From: an uncultured virus (IMG/VR IMGVR_UViG_3300032560_000008)
Taxonomy: Duplodnaviria > Heunggongvirae > Uroviricota > Caudoviricetes
IMG/VR virus record: IMGVR_UViG_3300032560_000008
DNA length: 20,000 nt
Reading direction: 5' to 3' (one strand)
Below, one piece after another: positions 1 to 7,008 of this stretch; positions within the stretch are counted from its first letter, which is position 1, and every line of letters begins with the position of its first letter. A program made the translations under genes and the position numbers. The notes under the pieces are model-generated. The model did not search any database. It had not been told where the DNA came from and worked only from the letters and a program-made list of their open reading frames with translations.

Positions 1-4
1 TTCC

Positions 5-166
5 TCACCATTTTAGATCATCCATGGCCTGAACACCGCCATTTTCTACCTGATTAACATGATTCCAGACCCGATACCCAACCTGATACCAAGCCTGATA
101 CCAGACTTGCCAACTGACCTGATTATAGACCTGATCCCTGACTTTATCAATACTTTTCTTTACCAT
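5..166 (-). CDS. Small QVxx-repeat protein, paralogue 2 (53 aa, not in ORF track)
   Basis: Manual translation MVKKSIDKVRDQVYNQVSWQVWYQAWYQVGYRVWNHVNQVENGGVQAMDDLKW*; its start overlaps the upstream stop (ATGGTAA) and its stop overlaps the next ATG (ATGGTGA, 5-11). Confidence 0.75.
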   Translation of the reverse strand: MVKKSIDKVRDQVYNQVSWQVWYQAWYQVGYRVWNHVNQVENGGVQAMDDLKW

Positions 167-295
167 CTTAAATCATCCCAACCCTGATACCAGACCTGAA
201 CCTTGACATGATTCCAGGCCCGACTCCAGACCTGATCACCGACCTGATACACAACCTCATCATTGACCTGTCGTCTGACTTGATTCCAGACCTTT
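60..295. repeat. Degenerate 12-nt coding repeat (consensus about CAGGTCTGGTAT on minus strand)
   Basis: Recurrent acctgatacc/ccagacctga units on the plus strand that encode Q-V-x-x tetrapeptides in two ORFs. Confidence 0.7.
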
Positions 296-327
296 CCTCC
301 AACTTGACAAATCTCGTGAAATATCAT
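160..327 (-). CDS. Small QVxx-repeat protein, paralogue 1 (55 aa, not in ORF track)
   Basis: Manual translation MIFHEICQVGGKVWNQVRRQVNDEVVYQVGDQVWSRAWNHVKVQVWYQGWDDLRW*; ATGA overlap with the stop of 324..740. Confidence 0.75.
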   Translation of the reverse strand: MIFHEICQVGGKVWNQVRRQVNDEVVYQVGDQVWSRAWNHVKVQVWYQGWDDLRW

Positions 328-740
328 CGTATTTGCTCTGCTATCATTTTATAACCTTTTGCATTGGGATGCACACCATCCGATGAGATTACTGGAATAT
401 AAATTATCCTGTCATGATGTTCAGAGGCCACACTTTTAACGATTTCCTGCACATATGGTTTGATAGCCGGTACAATCCAAAACACAGTATCGGCTTGCAC
501 TCGGTTGCGAATCATTTCCAAATCCTGTCGAGAACCTTGTTCAGAGTCGTTGCTGCCCAAACTGATGACAACAGTTTTTGCAGTCAAGTCTGCATTTGCA
601 TAGCGATGAAGCCAAGCATGACTGGTGATACCACTGCTTGCATACACAGCACATTCTGCACGATACTGATGTGTGCCAACTGCTATGCTGTCACCTAAAA
701 TAAGACATTCAAAAATCATTTTGATAAAGATCTTGATCAA
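324..740 (-). CDS. SGNH/GDSL hydrolase family protein (probable start ATG at 719)
   Basis: Block I GDSIA, block III LGSND, block V DGVHP. Confidence 0.85.
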   Translation of the reverse strand: MIKIFIKMIFECLILGDSIAVGTHQYRAECAVYASSGITSHAWLHRYANADLTAKTVVISLGSNDSEQGSRQDLEMIRNRVQADTVFWIVPAIKPYVQEIVKSVASEHHDRIIYIPVISSDGVHPNAKGYKMIAEQIR

Positions 741-760
741 GAGTCATTCTTATTCCTCTT

Positions 761-955
761 TTAAGACCATGGTGTGCACCAGGTAATATTGATAAACCAC
801 AAACCAAAACTTTTGTGGAGACCTGCATCATACCACATATCTTCGCGGCCCCAGTATCTCACCTCTGGCTTTAACCAATTCCACCAATACACATACCACC
901 AATGTGGATCACGATCAGGTCCACCCCAGGTTATGCCTATCCAACTAATTTTCAT
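761..955 (-). CDS. Hypothetical Trp-rich protein
   Basis: 64 aa, coupled to the upstream ORF by ATGA overlap, same strand as neighbours. Confidence 0.6.
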   Translation of the reverse strand: MKISWIGITWGGPDRDPHWWYVYWWNWLKPEVRYWGREDMWYDAGLHKSFGLWFINITWCTPWS

Positions 956-1350
956 TTGTATTTTTTCAATAATTCCAATGCAGTTTCTATATCAAAAGAG
1001 TCCCATTTGTCACAATGTCCTCCAGTCCAGGTTTCTGTGTTATACAATGGTGACTCAGGATTTTTACAAATGGCTGGGTCAGACCGTGTTGAATCTGAAA
1101 CTTGCCATGATATACAGGTACGGCACTGACCCCACCAATCATAATGAAGTCTCAAACTTTCTTTTTTTGTCATAATATCGGCACTGTGTCCACACTCAGG
1201 GCACTTCCATACAGGATCAAGCGTCAATTGAGCATGGTCAATTAGACCCGCTGGGCTACCCAACCCGCGTTTGGCAGCATCACGAGTTGTGGGGTTAATG
1301 CCTATCCCTTGTTTCATTTCAACTTTGCATCGTGGGCACAACATTTTCAA
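952..1350 (-). CDS. Hypothetical Zn-ribbon/Cys-rich protein
   Basis: CPRC...CPEC pair, plus a second C-terminal cluster CRTC...C...C. Confidence 0.65.
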   Translation of the reverse strand: MKMLCPRCKVEMKQGIGINPTTRDAAKRGLGSPAGLIDHAQLTLDPVWKCPECGHSADIMTKKESLRLHYDWWGQCRTCISWQVSDSTRSDPAICKNPESPLYNTETWTGGHCDKWDSFDIETALELLKKYK

Positions 1351-1391
1351 TCAACTTCTACAACTCTGGCAGTGCCTTGCTCATCATCCAA

Positions 1392-1667
1392 TTATTTTTC
1401 AACGATCACATATTCTACAATGGTTTTTTCTCGAGGTTCAACTTGATAAACAGAAATATCTTCAGGTCCTTTATCTTGCATTTCAGTTGAACCTCGACCC
1501 CATGAAATCATCCAAAATGTGTTGTCAATTTTGTTGCGATATATTTGAGAATAATAAGTAGTCCATCTTGATTTTCCATCAATTTTTGCTACAGTTACTT
1601 CTTCATAATTGTCAACTTCGTCATTGTCGTCCCATTTTAAAATGGCTTCGGCTACTTCTTGTTTCAT
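1392..1667 (-). CDS. Hypothetical phage protein
   Basis: 91 aa with GAGGA SD upstream; WxRGSTExQ-type motif resembling small myophage proteins. Confidence 0.75.
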   Translation of the reverse strand: MKQEVAEAILKWDDNDEVDNYEEVTVAKIDGKSRWTTYYSQIYRNKIDNTFWMISWGRGSTEMQDKGPEDISVYQVEPREKTIVEYVIVEK

Positions 1668-1678
1668 TTTATTTTCCT

Positions 1679-1927
1679 CTAAAGTTTCACATATTCAAGA
1701 TTTTCTAACTTATACAATTCTTCCAATAGCATTTGCTCTGCTGCTCGTGCTTCATCCCAATACAAAGTCAATTTCTTATTGGATCCACTGTCTGTGTATT
1801 CCATTTGTGCATCATATCGTTCGGCACGTTGCTGTCTTGAAGTATAGTTAAACCACAATTTACCTAGATTGGTTTCTGAAAATGCTTTTCTTGCAGCCTG
1901 GTAATTCACGATATCTTGATTAGTCAT
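1679..1927 (-). CDS. Hypothetical protein (start moved to MTNQD)
   Basis: ATG at 1927 overlaps the end of the upstream ORF; helical composition. Confidence 0.65.
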   Translation of the reverse strand: MTNQDIVNYQAARKAFSETNLGKLWFNYTSRQQRAERYDAQMEYTDSGSNKKLTLYWDEARAAEQMLLEELYKLENLEYVKL

Positions 1928-2123
1928 CTGTACTTTCCCATGCATGATGAATGATAACCCAATCTTCTAGACATTCTTCAAAAGAATAAGTGGCATCAAC
2001 ATGTTCTTTGCCAAACTTGGCATACATCTTTTCAAGCCAAAATGGATAGTAATCTTTTCTGATTTCATCTTCTGACATTGTATCCACATCACCGTCAGGC
2101 AATTCATAACTATAATAACGCAA
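1920..2123 (-). CDS. Hypothetical phage protein
   Basis: 67 aa, TTG start after GGAG; SEDEI...YYPFW...CLEDWV..H.AW pattern. Confidence 0.7.
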   Translation of the reverse strand: MRYYSYELPDGDVDTMSEDEIRKDYYPFWLEKMYAKFGKEHVDATYSFEECLEDWVIIHHAWESTDD

Positions 2124-2126
2124 AAT

Positions 2127-2375
2127 TTAATCTCCGTCAAACATTTGTTGAATTTTATAAATTGCCCAATCAGTGTCACCTTCACACTGCTCAATGACAT
2201 TGATGCATTTTTGAATGATCAGGAATGCAAACTTGATTCTGTCAAAGTGATCATAATAAACTGGTTCTCCTGAAGGTTTGTAAATGGGTTTCGGTTCCAT
2301 CATAGAAGGATCAATATAATGACTTTGTCTCTTGGTGGTAGCGGCATCAATACATTTTTGTATTTCATTGTTCAT
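2127..2375 (-). CDS. Hypothetical protein (FAxLIIQKC motif)
   Basis: 82 aa, tightly packed; shares a motif with 2792..3064. Confidence 0.7.
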   Translation of the reverse strand: MNNEIQKCIDAATTKRQSHYIDPSMMEPKPIYKPSGEPVYYDHFDRIKFAFLIIQKCINVIEQCEGDTDWAIYKIQQMFDGD

Positions 2376-2526
2376 TTTTTGAAAGTTCTTTATTCAAAGT
2401 GTTTATTTCTTCCAATAATGATATTATACGAGTTGCTGCTTGTGCTACAATATCACTATCGACATATCTGCCTTCATCATCCAATCGCAATGCAAGCAAT
2501 TCAAGCCGTTCCGTTAGCGGTGTCAT
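2365..2526 (-). CDS. Small hypothetical protein (53 aa, not in ORF track)
   Basis: MTPLTERLELLALRLDDEGRYVDSDIVAQAATRIISLLEEINTLNKELSKNEQ*; fills the gap, ATGA-coupled to 2523..2789. Confidence 0.65.
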   Translation of the reverse strand: MTPLTERLELLALRLDDEGRYVDSDIVAQAATRIISLLEEINTLNKELSKNEQ

Positions 2527-2789
2527 TTTCCAATACCTTTGTAATTTTTACAGTTATCAGCACCACAATTATGTGCACAACCAATGGGACATTCTTGTTT
2601 TGCTAGTTCTTTCATTCGCTTTAATAATTTATTAAGTGGATCTATTTTCATTGATCTACAACAAGAAATAGTAATGGGATGAAACTCCTTTCCAGAATCT
2701 GATACTTCCACAACATCCAGATAATTATTGAAAAAATCCTGAATACATAGTTTCAGTTCATAAAGGTCAGCAATTTGATCATAGTCCAT
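2523..2789 (-). CDS. Hypothetical phage protein
   Basis: 88 aa; SDSGKEFHPITISCCR motif and Cys-rich C-terminal tail. Confidence 0.7.
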   Translation of the reverse strand: MDYDQIADLYELKLCIQDFFNNYLDVVEVSDSGKEFHPITISCCRSMKIDPLNKLLKRMKELAKQECPIGCAHNCGADNCKNYKGIGK

Positions 2790-2791
2790 TT

Positions 2792-3064
2792 TTACTCACA
2801 TTCATCTTCTTCATTAAGAAGTTCAATACCAAAATGCTTCAACAAATCTTCTGATTCTGGATGAGTCCAATCATCAGCTGCATCATTATACTCAGCATTG
2901 CTATTCAAAACCTTAATACATTCCTGAACAACCAAATAAGCTAGCTTTGTGGGATCGAGGAATTGTGTTGTCCTAACTTGGACCGGTTGATCTTCGTGCT
3001 GAACTAGTTCGTTTTGATAAACCCAACATTGTTCCACTAATTTATTCACTAAATCATTATTCAT
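2792..3064 (-). CDS. Hypothetical protein (LAxLVVQEC...LLKHFG motif)
   Basis: 90 aa, GGAG upstream, tightly packed. Confidence 0.7.
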   Translation of the reverse strand: MNNDLVNKLVEQCWVYQNELVQHEDQPVQVRTTQFLDPTKLAYLVVQECIKVLNSNAEYNDAADDWTHPESEDLLKHFGIELLNEEDECE

Positions 3065-3065
3065 T

Positions 3066-3311
3066 TTAATCCTCCAACTTATTAATCAGATTTTGACAAA
3101 GTTTCCGCCACTCATCACGTTGAGTTTTGATCTTATCATAACTCAATTCATTATAGTCATTTGCAATGAACAACACCAAATCACGATACTGATTGAGCTT
3201 TTCAAGTTCAAATGCAGCTGCTGTTAGTAATGAAGGTGATTTATGATAGGACGGAAGGGAATTCTCTGCTCTTAGTTGATTAATCAATTTCAATGTATCA
3301 AAAAACATCAC
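3066..3311 (-). CDS. Hypothetical protein
   Basis: 81 aa; start overlaps the primase stop codon. Confidence 0.65.
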   Translation of the reverse strand: MMFFDTLKLINQLRAENSLPSYHKSPSLLTAAAFELEKLNQYRDLVLFIANDYNELSYDKIKTQRDEWRKLCQNLINKLED

Positions 3312-4330
3312 ACCTTACTCCAAGTTGCCAAAGCCAATTTGGCTGCCAATTCTCTATAAGTATTTGTATCAATGATGTGCTTTATAAAGTCAGGGCTTAG
3401 ACCTTCCAGAACCATATCATTTACATCTTTAATATCAAGATTAGATGGGAATATACATACATTATATCCCTGAATTATGCATTTGTCAATCTTTTTCTTT
3501 GTTTCATGGCTTCTAGGTTCATTATCATAGCAAATAACTAGATTTTCTTTTGGTAATGAGCTAATAGTAGAAACTAGATCACCGCCTGCAGTTGCAATAG
3601 AATTTGGAATAAACATAGAATCAAAAGGTCCTTCAAAAACATATACTTTTTTATTGAAATCTACTTCATCTAGACCAAAAATCTTAGGTTTACTCTCGTC
3701 ATTTACTAAAGTAATATATCTAGTTTTACTTAGAGGAGATAAGGATCTTCCTTGAAAAGCATGCATGCTCTTATCTTTATCAAAGAAAGGAATGACAATT
3801 CTCCCTTCATCATGTTTTAAAGCATTTTTATCAAACTTAGAAGGAATTAGTTCATTTGACCATGCAAAGAAATTGGGACACCAAAATATTTTTGCATGAA
3901 ATGGATTTGGTATCTTCCTTTCTGAAATATAAATTTTAGCAGGATGATCGTAGGGAAGTTGACTAATTTTTTTAAGACCTTTCAGTGGCCCAGACTGAAG
4001 GAATACAGGCCGCTTCATCTTCTCGATGAAAGCATTTAGACTTTCCTTACCATCATTCTTATTTTTTAATAATTCTAATTTATATTCGGAAAATAATTGA
4101 TAATCTACAGATTTGAGAAATTTCTCAAATGAAGTAGTAAGTGTGCAATTATGACAATGAAACAATGTCACACCTTGCTTGGTGTAAATATATGCTCTGG
4201 CTTTCCGTTTATCAACTTGTGAATCACCACAAATTGGACATGAAAAGTTATAGGTATTTCCAGACTTTTTGGAATAATTCCTTAGTCTGTTTGACAGTGT
4301 AGATATATATTTGTTTTCTAACCAATTCAT
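3308..4330 (-). CDS. gp61: DNA primase, T4 gp61-like
   Basis: N-terminal Zn finger CPICGDS...CHNC, FQGR motif, TOPRIM motifs EGPFDS, DNEPR and KDVND; 340 aa as expected for gp61. Confidence 0.96.
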   Translation of the reverse strand: MNWLENKYISTLSNRLRNYSKKSGNTYNFSCPICGDSQVDKRKARAYIYTKQGVTLFHCHNCTLTTSFEKFLKSVDYQLFSEYKLELLKNKNDGKESLNAFIEKMKRPVFLQSGPLKGLKKISQLPYDHPAKIYISERKIPNPFHAKIFWCPNFFAWSNELIPSKFDKNALKHDEGRIVIPFFDKDKSMHAFQGRSLSPLSKTRYITLVNDESKPKIFGLDEVDFNKKVYVFEGPFDSMFIPNSIATAGGDLVSTISSLPKENLVICYDNEPRSHETKKKIDKCIIQGYNVCIFPSNLDIKDVNDMVLEGLSPDFIKHIIDTNTYRELAAKLALATWSKV

Positions 4331-4338
4331 AATAATGA

Positions 4339-4363
4339 CTCTATTGTTTTAAGCTCAATAGAG
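4339..4363. repeat. 8-bp inverted repeat CTCTATTG-N9-CAATAGAG between promoter and primase start
   Basis: Perfect arms at 4339-4346 and 4356-4363. Confidence 0.7.
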
Positions 4364-4391
4364 ATTATACACCATCCAATTGAAAAGTCAA
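4364..4391 (-). promoter_or_regulatory. Sigma70-type (early) promoter for primase and downstream ORFs
   Basis: TTGACT (4391-4386), 16-nt spacer, TATAAT (4369-4364). Confidence 0.75.
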
Positions 4392-4414
4392 TGGAATTGT
4401 TTCGGAAGATTCCA

Positions 4415-4846
4415 TCAACGCATAATGAGTGGATTTACTTTTAAAAATATTTGAATTCCATAATCAAGAATATATCCAATAACAGCACCAGAACCGATTG
4501 CAAGCCAAATCAACTTTTCAAGTTTTGTGATTTTGTCGTTTACAAGTCTATGTTGAATGTTTGCTTCACTTCGCATTTCTTTGACTTCTTCTAAAATTTT
4601 GGCATCTCGTTCGTCGATTGTATTATAGATTTTATCAACATGAGCGTCCATATCTTCTCTTCTTTTCTCTAATAATTTTAGAATGAAATCATTTGATTTT
4701 TCTTGTTGTGTGATTCTATGTTCTTGAACTGCTAATAGCTTTGATAGATCGGAAGCAACTCCAGTAAGTTTTTCGATAGCATCTTCCATTTTTGAAAATC
4801 TAGATTCATTAATAGGAAGTGGTTCTATTGGTACAACGGCCATCAT
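4415..4846 (-). CDS. Coiled-coil protein with C-terminal TM helix (XhlA/holin-associated-like)
   Basis: Heptad-rich body, hydrophobic tail LIWLAIGSGAVIGYILDYGIQIFL; SD TAGGAG. Confidence 0.7.
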   Translation of the reverse strand: MMAVVPIEPLPINESRFSKMEDAIEKLTGVASDLSKLLAVQEHRITQQEKSNDFILKLLEKRREDMDAHVDKIYNTIDERDAKILEEVKEMRSEANIQHRLVNDKITKLEKLIWLAIGSGAVIGYILDYGIQIFLKVNPLIMR

Positions 4847-4852
4847 ACACTC

Positions 4853-5008
4853 CTATGAAGGTTTCTTTTTCTTATTTTTAAGCAAAGGATCATAACCTTG
4901 AATTGGTCCTGCTGATGTGGAGCCCATTCCAGAAGCGCCTACAGCATTTGTTGGAACTGCCGATTCTGTCTCAGCAATAAAATCCAAAAAAGATAAAAGA
5001 TTATTCAT
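4853..5008 (-). CDS. Small protein with capsid-targeting-like N-terminus (51 aa, not in ORF track)
   Basis: MNNLLSFLDFIAETESAVPTNAVGASGMGSTSAGPIQGYDPLLKNKKKKPS*; overlaps the upstream stop; FxxFIAE motif, Gly-rich middle, poly-Lys end. Confidence 0.75.
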   Translation of the reverse strand: MNNLLSFLDFIAETESAVPTNAVGASGMGSTSAGPIQGYDPLLKNKKKKPS

Positions 5009-5402
5009 TGATACTTAACCTCAGTGCTTTGATTATTCCAGAATCCATAGGTATAACATCTGTATAAATTATAGTTTCATCACCGATATTATATATGACA
5101 TCAGGAAGTGCATCAAGTAATACCAAAAAAGGTTTCACATATTCAAATTCATTTTTTAATTTTAAATATAAAATTCTGACCGTGTGATTTCTAAACACAT
5201 TCCGTAACAATATAATATGATTTAGAATCAATCGTTCTTTCAGTTCACCACATTCTTTATACTTAAAGATAAGTTTTTTGATATATCTTATCTTGTTTAA
5301 ATCTTCCATAAACTCTTCGGTAGATTCACAATGCGGATTATCATAATATTTTGCACAATATAGTAAAAAATTACTATCAGTTAAAAATTCAAATTTAGTC
5401 AA
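5001..5402 (-). CDS. Conserved T4-like phage hypothetical protein
   Basis: TTG start; LY.AKYYDNP.C...EF.EDL.KI.YIK...LKERLILNHII motif, recognised from memory as common in T4-like myophages upstream of primase. Confidence 0.8.
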   Translation of the reverse strand: MTKFEFLTDSNFLLYCAKYYDNPHCESTEEFMEDLNKIRYIKKLIFKYKECGELKERLILNHIILLRNVFRNHTVRILYLKLKNEFEYVKPFLVLLDALPDVIYNIGDETIIYTDVIPMDSGIIKALRLSINE

Positions 5403-5412
5403 ACTACTATCT

Positions 5413-5658
5413 TTATTGCGGTTCGGTCTTTGATTTAATTAAAAGTGAAGCACCGGCAGTGGTGAACATAGTACCACACGCGGCAGCAAATTCCATCGGG
5501 TTGAAATCCTTTTGCATAACCATAACCTTATAAACTTCCAATGTAAAAAATACAAAAAATGATAATGTAGTCAAAACACGAATAATATCAACAGACATGT
5601 CATTTGAACCGGTAAACGCGGTCTGAATAGCATATCTAAAGTTGATACGTGTTTTCAT
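5413..5658 (-). CDS. Two-TM membrane protein, holin-like
   Basis: 81 aa with two hydrophobic segments and a short charged C-terminus. Confidence 0.55.
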   Translation of the reverse strand: MKTRINFRYAIQTAFTGSNDMSVDIIRVLTTLSFFVFFTLEVYKVMVMQKDFNPMEFAAACGTMFTTAGASLLIKSKTEPQ

Positions 5659-5659
5659 A

Positions 5660-5953
5660 TTAGAAAGTACTCATCGTTGTTCTAATCCATGAATTGTTTG
5701 CAATACAAACATAAAAATGTGTTGCATCATATGCAAACTGTCCCTTCACACCAGTCGATGAGGAATTGGAAGGAACAGTTGCTGAAAATGTAGATACATT
5801 TTGTGTTGAAATTAGAACATTTGCAAAATTTTGAAGTGTGATTGTTTGAACATTTGCAGTTGTGTTAGCGTTTACTAACACGACAACTCTATCAGTAAGA
5901 GCCATCGTGTTAGCAACAACTAAATCACTAATCTTTTTAGCATCATTAGCCAT
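5660..5953 (-). CDS. Putative virion structural/fibre-associated protein
   Basis: N-terminal KKISDL and C-terminal GxxGQFAYD...YVC...W.R motifs typical of phage fibre/structural proteins. Confidence 0.7.
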   Translation of the reverse strand: MANDAKKISDLVVANTMALTDRVVVLVNANTTANVQTITLQNFANVLISTQNVSTFSATVPSNSSSTGVKGQFAYDATHFYVCIANNSWIRTTMSTF

Positions 5954-5972
5954 AATATCGACTTTCGTTTAA

Positions 5973-6965
5973 TTACGCGATTGGATCAACTGCTGAATTG
6001 GACTGAGTAATATTTGCTGTTCCATATACACCAGTAGTTGTAACACCATTCACACCTAGTGAACCCATAGCAACCAATGTTTCATATGTAACACGACCTG
6101 TTCTGCCACCGGTACCTTCTCTACGAACTACCCAACCCGAATGTGTAGCCTGAGGATATACAGAACCAACATCAACATAACCTGTGGCTGTATCACCCTG
6201 GATTGTATGACCAGCATGTTCAGTTGAGGAAGCATTTGCCGTTAGTAGAAGATTAGCACCACCTGGTGCAGCAGAAACTGCAAGAGAAGAGGCATTCACG
6301 AATGAAATATAATAATATGTGTTTGCAGTTAGACCAACGATTGCTGTATTTCCAGCAGCAACAGCATAGTAGAATCTATCATTTGCCTGCCAATAAGAAT
6401 TAGCAGAAGCTAGAAGAATTGTATTAGCTGAAGCATTGATATATGTTGAATTGGCGCCAATCTGAATTGCAGCAGGAGCAGCAATAGCAACTGTTGGTGC
6501 AGTGATATAACCAGCGCCAGCAGTCTGAGGTAATAAAGAATCAATACGACCGGCATTCCCTGTTGTATTAGCATGAGCATTCACAACACCTGAAGATCCA
6601 CCATTTGTTACGGTCAAAGTAGCAGTAGCATTAGCCTGATAACCAGAACCACCAAATGTTACATAACCAAGAACAATGCCACCACCTGATGTGCTTAGCA
6701 TTGTTGCATTTACACCAAAAACCCCAACGGCCATATTATTGATAAATGCACCTACAGTTGTATTGCCAAACATATTATAATCTACGTTTGCACGTGAACC
6801 TGGTGATGTATTGCCAAAATGAGCATTTGCATCCATTGATACTGGATTGATACCATTCCCCGAGCCCTTTGCTAGAGCATAAGTACCAATTGGAGCACCA
6901 ACTGAACTTTCTTTTGTAGTTGAAGAATTGGCAGTAACTGCCTGATCGTTTTGTCCCCACTGCAT
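5973..6965 (-). CDS. Putative virion structural protein (Ala/Gly/Asn/Thr-rich beta protein)
   Basis: MxWG start, GSGY/GAGY repeats, C-terminal HSGWV...GGRxGRVxYETLVAM motif of T4-like structural proteins; SD AGGAG. Confidence 0.75.
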   Translation of the reverse strand: MQWGQNDQAVTANSSTTKESSVGAPIGTYALAKGSGNGINPVSMDANAHFGNTSPGSRANVDYNMFGNTTVGAFINNMAVGVFGVNATMLSTSGGGIVLGYVTFGGSGYQANATATLTVTNGGSSGVVNAHANTTGNAGRIDSLLPQTAGAGYITAPTVAIAAPAAIQIGANSTYINASANTILLASANSYWQANDRFYYAVAAGNTAIVGLTANTYYYISFVNASSLAVSAAPGGANLLLTANASSTEHAGHTIQGDTATGYVDVGSVYPQATHSGWVVRREGTGGRTGRVTYETLVAMGSLGVNGVTTTGVYGTANITQSNSAVDPIA

Positions 6966-6992
6966 TTTTGTTCTCCTAAAGAATCTTTTTAT

Positions 6993-7000
6993 TATTTATT
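6993..7000 (-). promoter_or_regulatory. Probable T4-type late promoter (AATAAATA, 1 mismatch)
   Basis: Intergenic, about 28 nt upstream of the 6965 ATG. Confidence 0.5.
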
Positions 7001-7008
7001 AAAAGTGA

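Noticed and set aside
60..295. CRISPR array or DGR template/variable repeat
   Set aside because: Repeats are degenerate 12-mers in coding phase with no spacers, and no cas or reverse transcriptase gene is in the window.
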